Source: Thioalkalispiraceae bacterium
GTDB lineage: Bacteria; Pseudomonadota; Gammaproteobacteria; UBA6429; Thiohalophilaceae
Reading direction: 5' to 3'
DNA: 26,534 nt
Assembly (NCBI GenBank): GCA_050117915.1
Contig: JASFLV010000001.1
Location: forward strand, 1 to 26,534
Shown here: in pieces, positions 1 to 10,079 of the stretch
Layout: the number at the start of each line of letters is the position of its first letter
How positions within the stretch are numbered: position 1 is the stretch's first letter
Position numbers and translations under genes: made by a program
Notes under the pieces: model-generated
Told to the model about the DNA's origin: nothing
What the model saw: only the letters and a program-made list of their open reading frames with translations
The model's database searches: none

Positions 1-151
1 CCCATGATTCATGACGGCTCGTTTGTAAATAAACATCAGCATAATCTATGTCATGTCCCATCATGCTATCGATTACTTTTGACAGTGCTGATTCATCAAG
101 TTCAGCGGGCATGAGTAAATTCTGAGTTGCTATTTGTATGTGTTTATCCAT
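1..151 (-). CDS. tldD: TldD metalloprotease subunit, N-terminal 50 codons (runs off the window start)
   Basis: Manual translation from ATG at 151: MDKHIQIATQNLLMPAELDESALSKVIDSMMGHDIDYADVYLQTSRHESW. This matches the TldD N-terminus (E. coli ...LDYGDLYFQSSYHESW). It sits at the usual place after yhdP/nitrilase and has an upstream GAGAG. Confidence 0.88.
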   Translation of the reverse strand, partial: MDKHIQIATQNLLMPAELDESALSKVIDSMMGHDIDYADVYLQTSRHESW

Positions 152-167
152 TCGGGACACTCTCGCA

Positions 168-974
168 TTATATTCGTCTGTGTTTCAATGATGGGAAGTT
201 CTCCCTGATAGATGCCAGTTTTTCACGATCACTGTCGGCGATAACAACACCGGAACCGTGTTGCAGGCGATCCATGATATTGCCCCATGGGTCGACAATC
301 ATGCTATCACCGTAAGTCTCACGGCCATTGACATGATAACCACCCTGGTTAGCAGCAACAACATAGCAATGATTCTCGATTGCCCGCGCCCTTATCAGGG
401 TTTCCCAATGGGCGCGACCGGTTGTTGCAGTAAATGCTGATGGAATGGCAAATATTTCTACACCCTGTTCGACTAACTGGCGGAATAATTCCGGAAAACG
501 TAGATCGTAGCATATAGCCAGGCCGACCCGACCAAACGGTGAATCAAACCAGGCAGTCTCATCGCCCGCTTTTACCGTCTCCGATTCATTATAACTTTCA
601 TTACTGTCTCTTAACTCAACATCAAACAGATGAATTTTGTCATAGCGTGCTTTTAGCTCACCCTGATCATCAAACACTAAACACGCTGAACTAACATGGT
701 TATTATCGGCCTGAAGAGGGACCGTCCCACCGACTATCCAGATCTTATGATGGTGTGACTGTTCGGCAAGAAAATTCTGTATCGGGCCTTCGCCAGGCTT
801 CTCTGCAATAGAGAGCTTGTCTCTTTCGTCCATCCCCATGTGTGCAAAGTTTTCGGGAAGGACCACGAGCGAAGCCCCTGCTTCTGCGGCTGCTGATAAT
901 TGTCGCTCAGTCTCAGTTAGATTGCCCTGGACGTTAGAGCCAGAAGCCATTTGTATTGCTGCAAGCTTATTCAT
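168..974 (-). CDS. Carbon-nitrogen hydrolase (nitrilase superfamily), Nit1/deaminated-glutathione amidase type
   Basis: Glu-Lys-Cys triad motifs LPENF, YDKIHLFDV and ICYDLRFPE, plus RARAIEN and YGDSMIVDPWG. The position between yhdP and tldD is typical. Confidence 0.92.
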   Translation of the reverse strand: MNKLAAIQMASGSNVQGNLTETERQLSAAAEAGASLVVLPENFAHMGMDERDKLSIAEKPGEGPIQNFLAEQSHHHKIWIVGGTVPLQADNNHVSSACLVFDDQGELKARYDKIHLFDVELRDSNESYNESETVKAGDETAWFDSPFGRVGLAICYDLRFPELFRQLVEQGVEIFAIPSAFTATTGRAHWETLIRARAIENHCYVVAANQGGYHVNGRETYGDSMIVDPWGNIMDRLQHGSGVVIADSDREKLASIRENFPSLKHRRI

Positions 975-1006
975 GGAAATTATATGGGTTGTATCTATCT
1001 TAGTTA

Positions 1007-1390
1007 TTAGTTGGGTTTGATAACCATGATTTCAAGTTGCTCCGGGTTACCCGAGCCTGGAATTAGTTCGATATGGTCTGAAGCAACCCCCAGGGAGACT
1101 AACCAGCCCCTCAACTCATAGGCCCACAAAGTCCCCTCATCACCACCGGGATACTTGATTAACAGGCGGTTATTTTCTGTTGACTGAAACGCCCGCATGG
1201 CATCTTGCAGGGCCTGCATGCCTAAAATAGAGCTGGCTGAACGGGGAATATTCCACTGTTGGGCAGTCAGGATAAAATTCTTTTCACTCGCATTCGAAGA
1301 TTCGATGCTGCTAGCAAGCAACAAACCGAGGACGCAAGGATAAACTACTAAACGGCTAAGAGAATGATATAAATAGGAAATCAAAGTCAT
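1007..1390 (-). CDS. Hypothetical exported protein (~127 aa), possibly a degenerate OmpA-C-like fold
   Basis: The ORF fills the gap between yhdP and nit1 on the same strand (21 and 32 bp spacers). N-terminal hydrophobic stretch LVVYPCVLGLLLASS with an SNA|SE cleavage-like site. ATG at 1390 preferred over TTG at 1396. Confidence 0.75.
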   Translation of the reverse strand: MTLISYLYHSLSRLVVYPCVLGLLLASSIESSNASEKNFILTAQQWNIPRSASSILGMQALQDAMRAFQSTENNRLLIKYPGGDEGTLWAYELRGWLVSLGVASDHIELIPGSGNPEQLEIMVIKPN

Positions 1391-1411
1391 AGGCAAAGAT
1401 TATATATCATT

Positions 1412-4400
1412 CTAATATGAATCGTCTTCTTCAGAATCATTGGCAGACTCTTCTGGAAATACCTCTGTGGGGGCCTTTTCAATTTTTCTGATCTCCGGAT
1501 TATCCCAGCTACCTGTGATTGTATACTCGGTGGCAATAGAGCTGTCGAATTGTTCACCAAACACCTGCTCAAGTAAAAAGGCCAGGGCACCAATCTGGCC
1601 GCCCCATGCTATCCAGGAGATGACCGGTAAAGTTCCCGATACACTCGGCACCACAACAACGCGCTGATCAAAGTCTCTGGCAGCCAGCCCCGTGCGACCT
1701 TCAATAGTAATCAGCGCAATCGGACTAATAATCTTCAAAGTTTCTGCATAGGCATCACCTTCACTTATATTGATTTGTCCAACAATCTGTTTAAAGGCAA
1801 AACCTTGTTTTAGTTCACTGAAATCGAGTAACAGGCGCCGGGGCAACTCGGCCAGACTAAACAGACCTAACATTCTACCCGCGCCCGGTTTTACATCACT
1901 CAAAACACCGTCATCTATAATAATGCCTATACTGCCATTTAACTTGTCGATACTGAAGTTGTCGGGAGTGTCAAACCAATGAGCCTGAATCACCGCCTTG
2001 GATACTCCCTTCTGCATAACGGCAGAATAACCAAGCTTGCTTAACATTGTCCCAAGATCTTCCGTAGAAATGAGGGTTAAGAAATTAGTGACATGTTTGG
2101 CATCTCTGTACAACCAACTACCCTCGCCTTCGAGTTGCATATAAGGCGCATCAACAATAATTTCCTTGAATAGCAAACCATCCTCATGCCTGTCCATTTT
2201 GAACTTAACATGACCCAAGTGCATGTCATTAACAAAAAATGCTCGTATATCACCGTCGAAAATCGCAATATTTCGAGGATCTTTTCGTTCTGTGGAAGGG
2301 CTTTCTGCATCACCAGTTAGAATTTTTAGGTACTCCATATCCAGCCTGACCGGGATATTCAGACTGGTTATACCGATTGTCTGTTTTTTATCGCCCTGAT
2401 TGAGCAGGTCCAGCCATTGATCAAGATGAAATTCCCGTAAACGACCTCGGATCAGCAATTCATTATTAACTGGTAAATTGGCCTGCTGTTTAGTGGACTC
2501 AGCCCCTTCTTCAGCAAATGAAAAGATAATTTCGCCTTTATCTAAAGGACGTTCTTGACCTTTCTTCAGGTTGACGATCAGCGCCATGGAGAGTTCATCA
2601 CCGTATTTTATATTTAATGGTAACTTCTCTTCTTCTGGAAACTGCGCAGTCACATTTAAGGTTTTCTCACTATTGGCCACTTTTACCAATGGTGCGGGTA
2701 AATTTAGTTCAACCCCATCCAGCCTTGAGAAAAACTGAAAATAACCCGGGCTCTCCTGATTACCAATTGCAAGAATGCCTTGCCAGCTGGTTTTCCCGTT
2801 CACTCTGTCCAGCATTGATAATTCAACATGTTCTGATATTTTCCCGGTATCGATTTCACCATGCATGGAAAGCTTGATATTCTGTAGGTCGTTAAGTGTA
2901 GTTGTATACAGTTTTGCCTGGGATTGACCCCCTAATGTTTCAAAACGAAGATTATCGGAAAATATTCCCTCCTGTTTGATCCTGAGGTCACCGGTTATTT
3001 TCTTAACCTGGAGGACTCTCTGCCAGGCATCCAGTTCATTGTTTTTTAACTCGACATCGGCCTGATAATGAAAAGGGGAACTTTGTTGCGTCTTGTCAGA
3101 TAAGGGTAAACGTAGTGCACCATTGCCGGTAGACTTTCCTGATATTCGCAACTCATCCAGGATCGATTGGGCCTTTGGTGCAATCGGTGTGTCAACAAGA
3201 AATCTGGCCAAATCGCGTGTTTGGCCCTGATATTTAGAACTTGCTTTGATAACTGGTGCTTTAAAACTTTCTATATCCACCCTGGTGTCTGTCAGGTAAC
3301 TATCATAGATCTGACTATTACTCGCCTCGATTGATAGACCCAAACCAGTAATCTCCAGATTTGCGTCTAGAACCTTTATTTTTGGCCAGCCTGGCTGATA
3401 ATTGAGGTTCACATTTTTTGCATTAAAATCTGCAAGCAAAGTTCCTGAATGGTCGCGAAAAGGAAAATCATCCAGCCTGCCATTGAAGACGACACCACCA
3501 CTTGTTACCTGTCCTGATTCAAACGCTTTATCCAGCCACTTGACTAGCTCTTCGTCCATAACACTGACAGGTAAATATTTATAGGTTTGTTTTGCATTAC
3601 CATTATCAAAATCTACCTGCAAATCAAGATAGGGCGATGCACTATTGTCTGGCACCATCGCATAAAAACCCAGATTCGCATTAATATCAGGTGAAATCGC
3701 AGAAATATCTCTGGAATTGAGATGCCATGCTTTATTTTCATGGTGCCAGTCAATGCTCCCATTTATGGATGATAAATCTAAGTTTTCACGGAAGATGTTC
3801 GGAATCTTAAGACGTGCACTATCACTTTTAAGTTTTAGCTGTCCTTTTGTTTCATTAGTCCAGACTTTGCCGGTAATATTTTCAATCCCTGGGAACTGCC
3901 CCCAGGGTTGTAAAGTTAAACCATCAAATTCCGAGACCAGAGAGAATTTATCATAATCTTCAAGGAAGGAATAATTCAGATAAGCATGATGCAGATCACC
4001 ACTGGGATCAATCTTTATCAAACCTTCTTTTAAGGAATCATCGAGAATTTTTCCATCAATAAGTGCTCTTTTGATATCTTCGAGGCGTAGGAAGCTAGAA
4101 TAGGCTGAGATTAACTCTTCTTGTTTCGCATAACGAACAGCAAGCTTCGAAGCTGGCCACACCTCATTATCTCCTTTATATTGGAAGTCCTTAACGTTTA
4201 ACTTCCAACCAATCTCATCAGTATGCCAGTCAACCAGGGCATCAAGCTTTTCTATGCTAAACGGTTTTTCATTTTTCCCTACGTTAACAATAAAATCACT
4301 CGCATTCAGATCGGCAGCAAATGCAGTGATATCACCTGCCTTCCAGTCTCCCCATAACTTTATATCAAGCATTCCCTGCTCCAGGCTAGCAAACATAAAC

Positions 4401-5173
4401 TCTGGTTTAACTCCCCAGTTTACCAGGTTGAGATCGTTTGCCTGATAGTATACTTTACCAAACCACTGTGAGGGATTAAGGATATTTCCGTTAAAATCAA
4501 AAGCAATTTCCAGATCACGGCCCAATTCTTCTGGCAAAGTGACTGTACCGGTAAGTTGATGTCTATCACCATCATTTCTTAAATAAAAATTAACATTGTC
4601 AAGCTGTATAGATTTATCAGTTTCATGGTCATTCTTAAATACTACCCGACTGTCTTTTATCGCCAGTTTACTTCTTTGAAAAAACCATTTTGCTAATTCA
4701 TCTGACTCTTCCTCATCTGCCGTAAGAGTAATCTGATCACCAAGTTGATCTATCTCCAGTCCTTGAATTGTAAAATTACCATCTTCCTTTCTGACCACAC
4801 CCAAATCAACCCCAATCACAGTAAAACTGTCAGGGACAACTTCCATTTTCAAAAGACTTCGTAACAGGTCGATCGTTAGCCGGGCTTGCTCGAAATGAAC
4901 GATTTCGTTTTTAGTATGGGTATCCAGAAGATAAACATTATTAAAGGTAATTAAGGGTGTAATTCCGCTTAACTTCGCATCCATGGAGTCAATACGAACA
5001 TCCTGCTCGAGTACTTCACTGGCAAAAGCTTCTATTTCTCCACGATAGGCCTTAACATCGGGCAGATAAAATCTAAATAACGAAATTACAATAGCAACTG
5101 CAATGACCACAGCAACCAACGAATACCAAAAGGTACGGTAACACCATCTATACGTGGTCCTGATCCATTTCAT
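1412..5173 (-). CDS. yhdP: YhdP, AsmA-like phospholipid bridge protein (TIGR02099 family), 1253 aa
   Basis: N-terminal membrane anchor (FWYSLVAVVIAVAIVISLF). Family motifs YLPVSVMDEELVKWL, G.LDDFPF, YQPGWP, GAGRMLGLFS..ELPRRLLLDFS and Y.ITGSWDNP. Downstream of rng. Confidence 0.93.
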   Translation of the reverse strand: MKWIRTTYRWCYRTFWYSLVAVVIAVAIVISLFRFYLPDVKAYRGEIEAFASEVLEQDVRIDSMDAKLSGITPLITFNNVYLLDTHTKNEIVHFEQARLTIDLLRSLLKMEVVPDSFTVIGVDLGVVRKEDGNFTIQGLEIDQLGDQITLTADEEESDELAKWFFQRSKLAIKDSRVVFKNDHETDKSIQLDNVNFYLRNDGDRHQLTGTVTLPEELGRDLEIAFDFNGNILNPSQWFGKVYYQANDLNLVNWGVKPEFMFASLEQGMLDIKLWGDWKAGDITAFAADLNASDFIVNVGKNEKPFSIEKLDALVDWHTDEIGWKLNVKDFQYKGDNEVWPASKLAVRYAKQEELISAYSSFLRLEDIKRALIDGKILDDSLKEGLIKIDPSGDLHHAYLNYSFLEDYDKFSLVSEFDGLTLQPWGQFPGIENITGKVWTNETKGQLKLKSDSARLKIPNIFRENLDLSSINGSIDWHHENKAWHLNSRDISAISPDINANLGFYAMVPDNSASPYLDLQVDFDNGNAKQTYKYLPVSVMDEELVKWLDKAFESGQVTSGGVVFNGRLDDFPFRDHSGTLLADFNAKNVNLNYQPGWPKIKVLDANLEITGLGLSIEASNSQIYDSYLTDTRVDIESFKAPVIKASSKYQGQTRDLARFLVDTPIAPKAQSILDELRISGKSTGNGALRLPLSDKTQQSSPFHYQADVELKNNELDAWQRVLQVKKITGDLRIKQEGIFSDNLRFETLGGQSQAKLYTTTLNDLQNIKLSMHGEIDTGKISEHVELSMLDRVNGKTSWQGILAIGNQESPGYFQFFSRLDGVELNLPAPLVKVANSEKTLNVTAQFPEEEKLPLNIKYGDELSMALIVNLKKGQERPLDKGEIIFSFAEEGAESTKQQANLPVNNELLIRGRLREFHLDQWLDLLNQGDKKQTIGITSLNIPVRLDMEYLKILTGDAESPSTERKDPRNIAIFDGDIRAFFVNDMHLGHVKFKMDRHEDGLLFKEIIVDAPYMQLEGEGSWLYRDAKHVTNFLTLISTEDLGTMLSKLGYSAVMQKGVSKAVIQAHWFDTPDNFSIDKLNGSIGIIIDDGVLSDVKPGAGRMLGLFSLAELPRRLLLDFSELKQGFAFKQIVGQINISEGDAYAETLKIISPIALITIEGRTGLAARDFDQRVVVVPSVSGTLPVISWIAWGGQIGALAFLLEQVFGEQFDSSIATEYTITGSWDNPEIRKIEKAPTEVFPEESANDSEEDDSY

Positions 5174-5199
5174 GCTATTTATATTCTATATATCTGTGC

Positions 5200-6675
5200 T
5201 CACATCAGCACAACATCAAATTGTTCCTGGGTATATTCTGATTCGACCTGCAGTTTAATTGGTTTCCCAATAAATTCTTCCAACTCAGCAAGACTGGTTG
5301 ATTCCTCATCAACCAGTGTATCGACGACTGACTGAGATGCAAGCACCAGAAGTTGTTGAGCATCGAATTGTCTGGCTTCGCGTAATATTTCCCGAAAAAT
5401 ATCATAACAAATGGTTTCTGCAGTCATTAATGAACCCCTCCCCCCACATGTTGGACAGGATTCACATAATATATGTTCCAGAGATTCACGTGTCCTTTTT
5501 CTAGTCATCTCAACAAGACCTAACGATGAGACTTCACTGATATAGGTTTTGGCATGATCACGTTCAAGATTTTTCTCAAGAGCACGTAGCACCTGTCGAC
5601 GATGCTCGAGATCAGTCATATCGATAAAATCGATAATGATAATGCCGCCCAGGTTACGCAGACGTAACTGACGCACAATCGCCTGGGTCGCCTCCAGGTT
5701 TGTCTTGAAAATCGTCTCTTCAAGATTCCGATGGCCGACAAAAGCCCCCGTATTCACATCAATCGTAGTCATTGCCTCAGTCTGATCAATAATTAAATAA
5801 CCACCGGACTTCAATTGAACCTTACGTTGTAAGGCTTTGACAATTTCATCTTCCACACCATAGATATCAAAGATCGGACGTTCGCCAGGATAGTGCTCGA
5901 TTCGATTACTTAACTCGGGAATAAATTTATCAACAAACTTGTTTACCTTCTCGGAAGTTTCTCTTGAGTCAATTCTGATTTTTTCGAGATCGGTATCACC
6001 CAGGTCACGCATAGTACGCATAACTAATGGCAAGTCTTCATGTAATAAAACGCCCTTGGGTTCGGAATCAATACGCTCTGAGATAGCCAACCATAGCTTT
6101 TGTAAAAACTTGATATCTTTGAGAATCAATTCTTCATTCATTCCCTCGGCAACAGTCCTGACGATATAACCACCAGGTTCAAAATCAGCCGCATGTTCCT
6201 GAATAATGTCTTTGAGGCGTTGTCGTTCATCAGGGTCCTCGATCTTTTGTGAAATACCGATATGCTGCGCACCGGGCATAAATACCAGAAACCGCGACGG
6301 AATCGAGACCTGAGTTGTCAGGCGAGCGCCTTTCGTGCCCATCGGATCCTTGATCACCTGGACGATCACTTGCTGGCCTTCCCTCAATAAATCAACAATC
6401 TGCTCTTCTATCTTGGCCTCCGTGGATACTTCATCATCAATATCAACTGTTTTAGCGATATCCGATACATGCAAAAAAGCAGTTCGTTCGAGTCCGATAT
6501 CTATAAAGGCTGCTTGCATACCAGGTAGAACCCGGCTGACTTTGCCTTTATAAACATTACCGACCAGACCACGTTTGCGGGTACGCTCGATATGCACTTC
6601 CTGCAATACACCATTCTCGATATAAGCAATACGTGTTTCCTGGGGGGTTATGTTAATTAATAACTCTTCGCTCAT
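5200..6675 (-). CDS. rng: Ribonuclease G
   Basis: MSEELLINITPQETRIA start; GNVYKGKVSRVLPGMQAAFIDIG (S1 domain), QTEAMTTIDVNTG, LRLRNLGGIIIIDFIDM and CPTCGGRG. ATG at 6675, 2 bp after the maf stop, preferred over 6690. Confidence 0.96.
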   Translation of the reverse strand: MSEELLINITPQETRIAYIENGVLQEVHIERTRKRGLVGNVYKGKVSRVLPGMQAAFIDIGLERTAFLHVSDIAKTVDIDDEVSTEAKIEEQIVDLLREGQQVIVQVIKDPMGTKGARLTTQVSIPSRFLVFMPGAQHIGISQKIEDPDERQRLKDIIQEHAADFEPGGYIVRTVAEGMNEELILKDIKFLQKLWLAISERIDSEPKGVLLHEDLPLVMRTMRDLGDTDLEKIRIDSRETSEKVNKFVDKFIPELSNRIEHYPGERPIFDIYGVEDEIVKALQRKVQLKSGGYLIIDQTEAMTTIDVNTGAFVGHRNLEETIFKTNLEATQAIVRQLRLRNLGGIIIIDFIDMTDLEHRRQVLRALEKNLERDHAKTYISEVSSLGLVEMTRKRTRESLEHILCESCPTCGGRGSLMTAETICYDIFREILREARQFDAQQLLVLASQSVVDTLVDEESTSLAELEEFIGKPIKLQVESEYTQEQFDVVLM

Positions 6676-6677
6676 AA

Positions 6678-7262
6678 TCAGGTTTGCCAAATTGGTATGT
6701 TATGCTCAGACAGAAGTCTGGCTGTTTCGAACAATGGTAATCCCATTACTCCTGAGTAGCTTCCCTGCAAACCTGAGATAAATGCCGCCGCATAGCCCTG
6801 TATAGCGTATGCACCAGCTTTATCATTGGGTTCACCGGTTTTCCAGTATTCCTCAATTTCTGAATCTGTTAACTTGCGGAAACTAACCTGACTGACATTA
6901 ACACAAACTGAATGTTTCTCTCCAATTATAGCGACCCCACTCATCACTTCATGTCGCTGGCCGGATAATCTTTTAAGCATGGATATGGCATCGGCCTTAT
7001 CCGCTGGCTTGCCTAAAATTTCACCTGCCAGGCAGACGGTCGTGTCGGCTCCCAGTACAGGTCGTCGCTTTGCCTTTGGCAACGATTGCCAACTCAGCTT
7101 CGCCTTTTCTACGGCAAGGCGCTGCACGTATGTTTCAGGCGATTCGGCAGGCTGTCGGGTTTCATCAACATTTGCAACGCTGACAGCAAAACGCACACCT
7201 AGCTGCCTGAGCAGTTCACTACGGCGTGGTGATTGTGAGGCAAGATAGATATCAACATCCAT
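6678..7262 (-). CDS. maf: Maf/YhdE nucleoside-triphosphate pyrophosphatase
   Basis: YLASQSPRR, VLGADT, ILGKP, EP.DKAGAYAIQG and V.GLPL; directly upstream of rng. Confidence 0.95.
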   Translation of the reverse strand: MDVDIYLASQSPRRSELLRQLGVRFAVSVANVDETRQPAESPETYVQRLAVEKAKLSWQSLPKAKRRPVLGADTTVCLAGEILGKPADKADAISMLKRLSGQRHEVMSGVAIIGEKHSVCVNVSQVSFRKLTDSEIEEYWKTGEPNDKAGAYAIQGYAAAFISGLQGSYSGVMGLPLFETARLLSEHNIPIWQT

Positions 7263-7271
7263 GCGACTAGC

Positions 7272-7739
7272 TTACTTGTGATACGGATGGTGGCTAAGAA
7301 TAGAATAGGTTCTGTACAACTGTTCGGCCAGAATAATACGTACCACCGGGTGCGGGAAAGTCATAGCAGATAATGAGACACAAACATCTGCTTCACGTAA
7401 CAGGTCGCTATGCATTCCTTCAGGACCGCCGATCAGGATACTGATATTTCGTCCGTCCTGTTGCCAGGCAGCAACGTTTTCTGCTAACTGTTCGGTAGAC
7501 CAAAGCTTACCCTCCTTATCCAGGGCAATGACAAAATTTCCACGAGGGATAGTCTGGCGCATACGCGCAGCCTCTTTTTCCATTATGCGATCAAGATTTG
7601 ATGCCTTGCCACGTTTCTCCGGGCTGATTTCGACAAGCTCTACAGTCAACCCCGCACCGATTCTCTTTATGTACTCGTTAAAGGCCTGTTGAACCCATCC
7701 AGGCATACGATCCCCAATGGCAATAATCTGTATTCGCAT
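7272..7739 (-). CDS. rlmH: 23S rRNA pseudouridine-1915 N3-methyltransferase
   Basis: SPOUT motifs IGGPEG, SLSAMTFPH, R.ILAEQLYR and HHPYHK; follows rsfS. Confidence 0.96.
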   Translation of the reverse strand: MRIQIIAIGDRMPGWVQQAFNEYIKRIGAGLTVELVEISPEKRGKASNLDRIMEKEAARMRQTIPRGNFVIALDKEGKLWSTEQLAENVAAWQQDGRNISILIGGPEGMHSDLLREADVCVSLSAMTFPHPVVRIILAEQLYRTYSILSHHPYHK

Positions 7740-7744
7740 CTAAA

Positions 7745-8098
7745 CTAGTTTGTCTTATTCAACTGGGTATCAGGACTCTCTTCACCCCAAAGCTTTTCGA
7801 TATTGTAAAAATCTCGGATTGATGGTTGCATCACATGTACAACGACATCACCCAGATCAATCAATGCCCATTCTCCCGCATCGACACCCTCAACACCAAT
7901 CGGCTTGACACCACGTTCTTTACAACGTGTCACCACTGAATCTACTAAGGCCTTGACCTGACGATTACTGTTTCCACTGGCAATGACCATCACATCGGTA
8001 ATAGTGGTTTTGTCCCGCACATCGAGGCTTCGAATATCAATGCCCTTGATATCTTCCAGTGCATCGACTACCAGTTCTGTTAACTCTTTGTAATCCAT
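7745..8098 (-). CDS. rsfS: Ribosome silencing factor RsfS
   Basis: [26 protein letters not shown] and [10 protein letters not shown]; GAGGT Shine-Dalgarno upstream. Confidence 0.96.
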   Translation of the reverse strand: MDYKELTELVVDALEDIKGIDIRSLDVRDKTTITDVMVIASGNSNRQVKALVDSVVTRCKERGVKPIGVEGVDAGEWALIDLGDVVVHVMQPSIRDFYNIEKLWGEESPDTQLNKTN

Positions 8099-8108
8099 TC
8101 AGTACCTC

Positions 8109-8741
8109 TTATTTATACAAATCTTGATCATGAATATAATTCACTACCTTTTCAGGTAAAAGGTAATCAATACATTTACCTTCACTAACCTGTGCGCGGA
8201 TATTGGTTGACGAAATATCCAGTTGTGTGACCGGGCAGATAAAACAGTGAGTGTCTTCCGATCTTAAAAACTCACTTGTGTCATTGGTTCGCTTTTCATT
8301 CATGTACTGGATCAGCGCTGAACTGGGTATTGAGTCTGTGTCAAAACGTGGTCTCTGTGTAATCACCAGATTGGCTAAACTTGTGATTGTTTCCCAGTCT
8401 TTCCATTTATCAAAATACACAAACGCATCCATACCTATGATCAAGCAAAACTTCTCTTTGGGAAAATCTGCTATCAGACTCTTAATCGTATCAATCATGT
8501 AAGAGGGACCTGCCCGATCTATTTCTCTCTGATCAACGACAAAATCAGTCTGACGACCCAACGCAAGTCTCAACATCTCGAGGCGTTGCTGTGCACTGGC
8601 AATCGGCGGATTACGATGTGGTGGTTGCCCACATGGTATAAAGTGAATCTGTGACAAGTTCAGAAGCGAATAAACATCGACCGCTGGACGCAGATGCCCT
8701 AAGTGCACCGGGTCAAACGTTCCACCATAAATTCCAATCAT
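8109..8741 (-). CDS. nadD: Nicotinate-nucleotide adenylyltransferase
   Basis: GGTFDPVHLGH (HxGH motif), PPHR, IIGMDAF and DISSTNIR. Confidence 0.95.
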   Translation of the reverse strand: MIGIYGGTFDPVHLGHLRPAVDVYSLLNLSQIHFIPCGQPPHRNPPIASAQQRLEMLRLALGRQTDFVVDQREIDRAGPSYMIDTIKSLIADFPKEKFCLIIGMDAFVYFDKWKDWETITSLANLVITQRPRFDTDSIPSSALIQYMNEKRTNDTSEFLRSEDTHCFICPVTQLDISSTNIRAQVSEGKCIDYLLPEKVVNYIHDQDLYK

Positions 8742-8759
8742 AGGAGATTAAACATCGGA

Positions 8760-10028
8760 TCAGGAACGAATATGCCCATCGCCCATAACAATATATTTTT
8801 GAGAGGTCAAACCATGTAATCCAACTGGACCGCGCGCATGGATTTTATCCGTACTAATCCCAATCTCTGCACCCAGTCCATATTCAAAACCGTCAGCAAA
8901 TCGTGTCGAGGCATTCACCATGACTGAACTCGAATCGACTTCGGTCAGAAATCGTCTTGCCTTGCTAATATCTTCAGTAATAATCGACTCCGTATGCCCG
9001 GATGCATGCCTATGAATGTGCTCGATAGCTTCATCGATACCGGCAACCACACGAATTGACAGGATAGGGGCCAGATATTCGGTATCCCAGTCCTCTTCGG
9101 TGGCCGGTACAGCATCAGTGAGAATTTTAAGCGTCTCATCACAACCCCGAAGTTCAACACCTTCTTTATTATACAACTCCGCGAGGCGGGGCAACACGAG
9201 CGGTGCCACTGTTTTATCAACCAGCAGGGTTTCCATGGTATTGCAGGTACCATAACGTTGGGTCTTGGCATTAAAAGCAACACTCACTGCCTTGTCCATA
9301 TGCGCCCTGCCATCGATATAAACATGACAAACACCATGTAAGTGTTTTATCACTGGCACCCGTGCTTCGTTACTCACTCTTTCTATCAGGCCCTTACCTC
9401 CACGTGGGACAATAACATCCACATACTTGGGCATGGTAATGAGTTCACCCACCGCTTCGCGATCCGTCGGCTCGATCACCTGTACGACCGCGTTCGGCAA
9501 GCCTGCGGCTTGCAAACCACTGCTTATGCATTTTGCCAGGGCCTGATTCGAGTGGGCAGCTTCAGAACCACCCCGCAGAATCGCCGCATTACCTGACTTT
9601 AAACATAAAGCCGCGGCATCAATGGTCACATTAGGCCGCGATTCATAAATAATTCCGATCACACCCAGTGGTACACGCATTTTGCCGACCTGGATTCCAG
9701 AAGGCATATACTTCATATCAGTAATTTCCCCAACCGGGTCCGCCAGGGCAGCAATCTGCTGGACGCCTTCGGCCATGGCGTCAATCCGATCATCGCTCAG
9801 CGCCAGGCGATCCAGTAAGGCATCATCCAGCCCCTTTTCACGACCGGCCGCCAGATCCTTTGCATTTTCTGAGAGTAAGTTGCTGCGAGCATCCAGGAGC
9901 GCCCTGGCAATATACTGTAAAGCCTGGTTCTTCTTATTGGTGTCAGCTCTCGCCAGTTCACGAGATGCCTCACGTGCCTGTTGGCCCAGCTGGATCATGT
10001 ATTGTTTGATATCGAGTTTAGCGTCCAT
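8760..10028 (-). CDS. proA: Gamma-glutamyl phosphate reductase (glutamate-5-semialdehyde dehydrogenase)
   Basis: [35 protein letters not shown], catalytic [39 protein letters not shown] at 10028 preferred over TTG at 10046. Confidence 0.96.
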   Translation of the reverse strand: MDAKLDIKQYMIQLGQQAREASRELARADTNKKNQALQYIARALLDARSNLLSENAKDLAAGREKGLDDALLDRLALSDDRIDAMAEGVQQIAALADPVGEITDMKYMPSGIQVGKMRVPLGVIGIIYESRPNVTIDAAALCLKSGNAAILRGGSEAAHSNQALAKCISSGLQAAGLPNAVVQVIEPTDREAVGELITMPKYVDVIVPRGGKGLIERVSNEARVPVIKHLHGVCHVYIDGRAHMDKAVSVAFNAKTQRYGTCNTMETLLVDKTVAPLVLPRLAELYNKEGVELRGCDETLKILTDAVPATEEDWDTEYLAPILSIRVVAGIDEAIEHIHRHASGHTESIITEDISKARRFLTEVDSSSVMVNASTRFADGFEYGLGAEIGISTDKIHARGPVGLHGLTSQKYIVMGDGHIRS

Positions 10029-10079
10029 TGGTTTCTCTATTTTCAATTACAGTTGTGGCACTCCAAGCGGCCACCCAGA

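Noticed and set aside
1330-1345. Lipobox in the hypothetical protein (YPC)
   Set aside because: The Cys precedes the hydrophobic core, and V-Y-P-C does not match [LVI][ASTVI][GAS]C.
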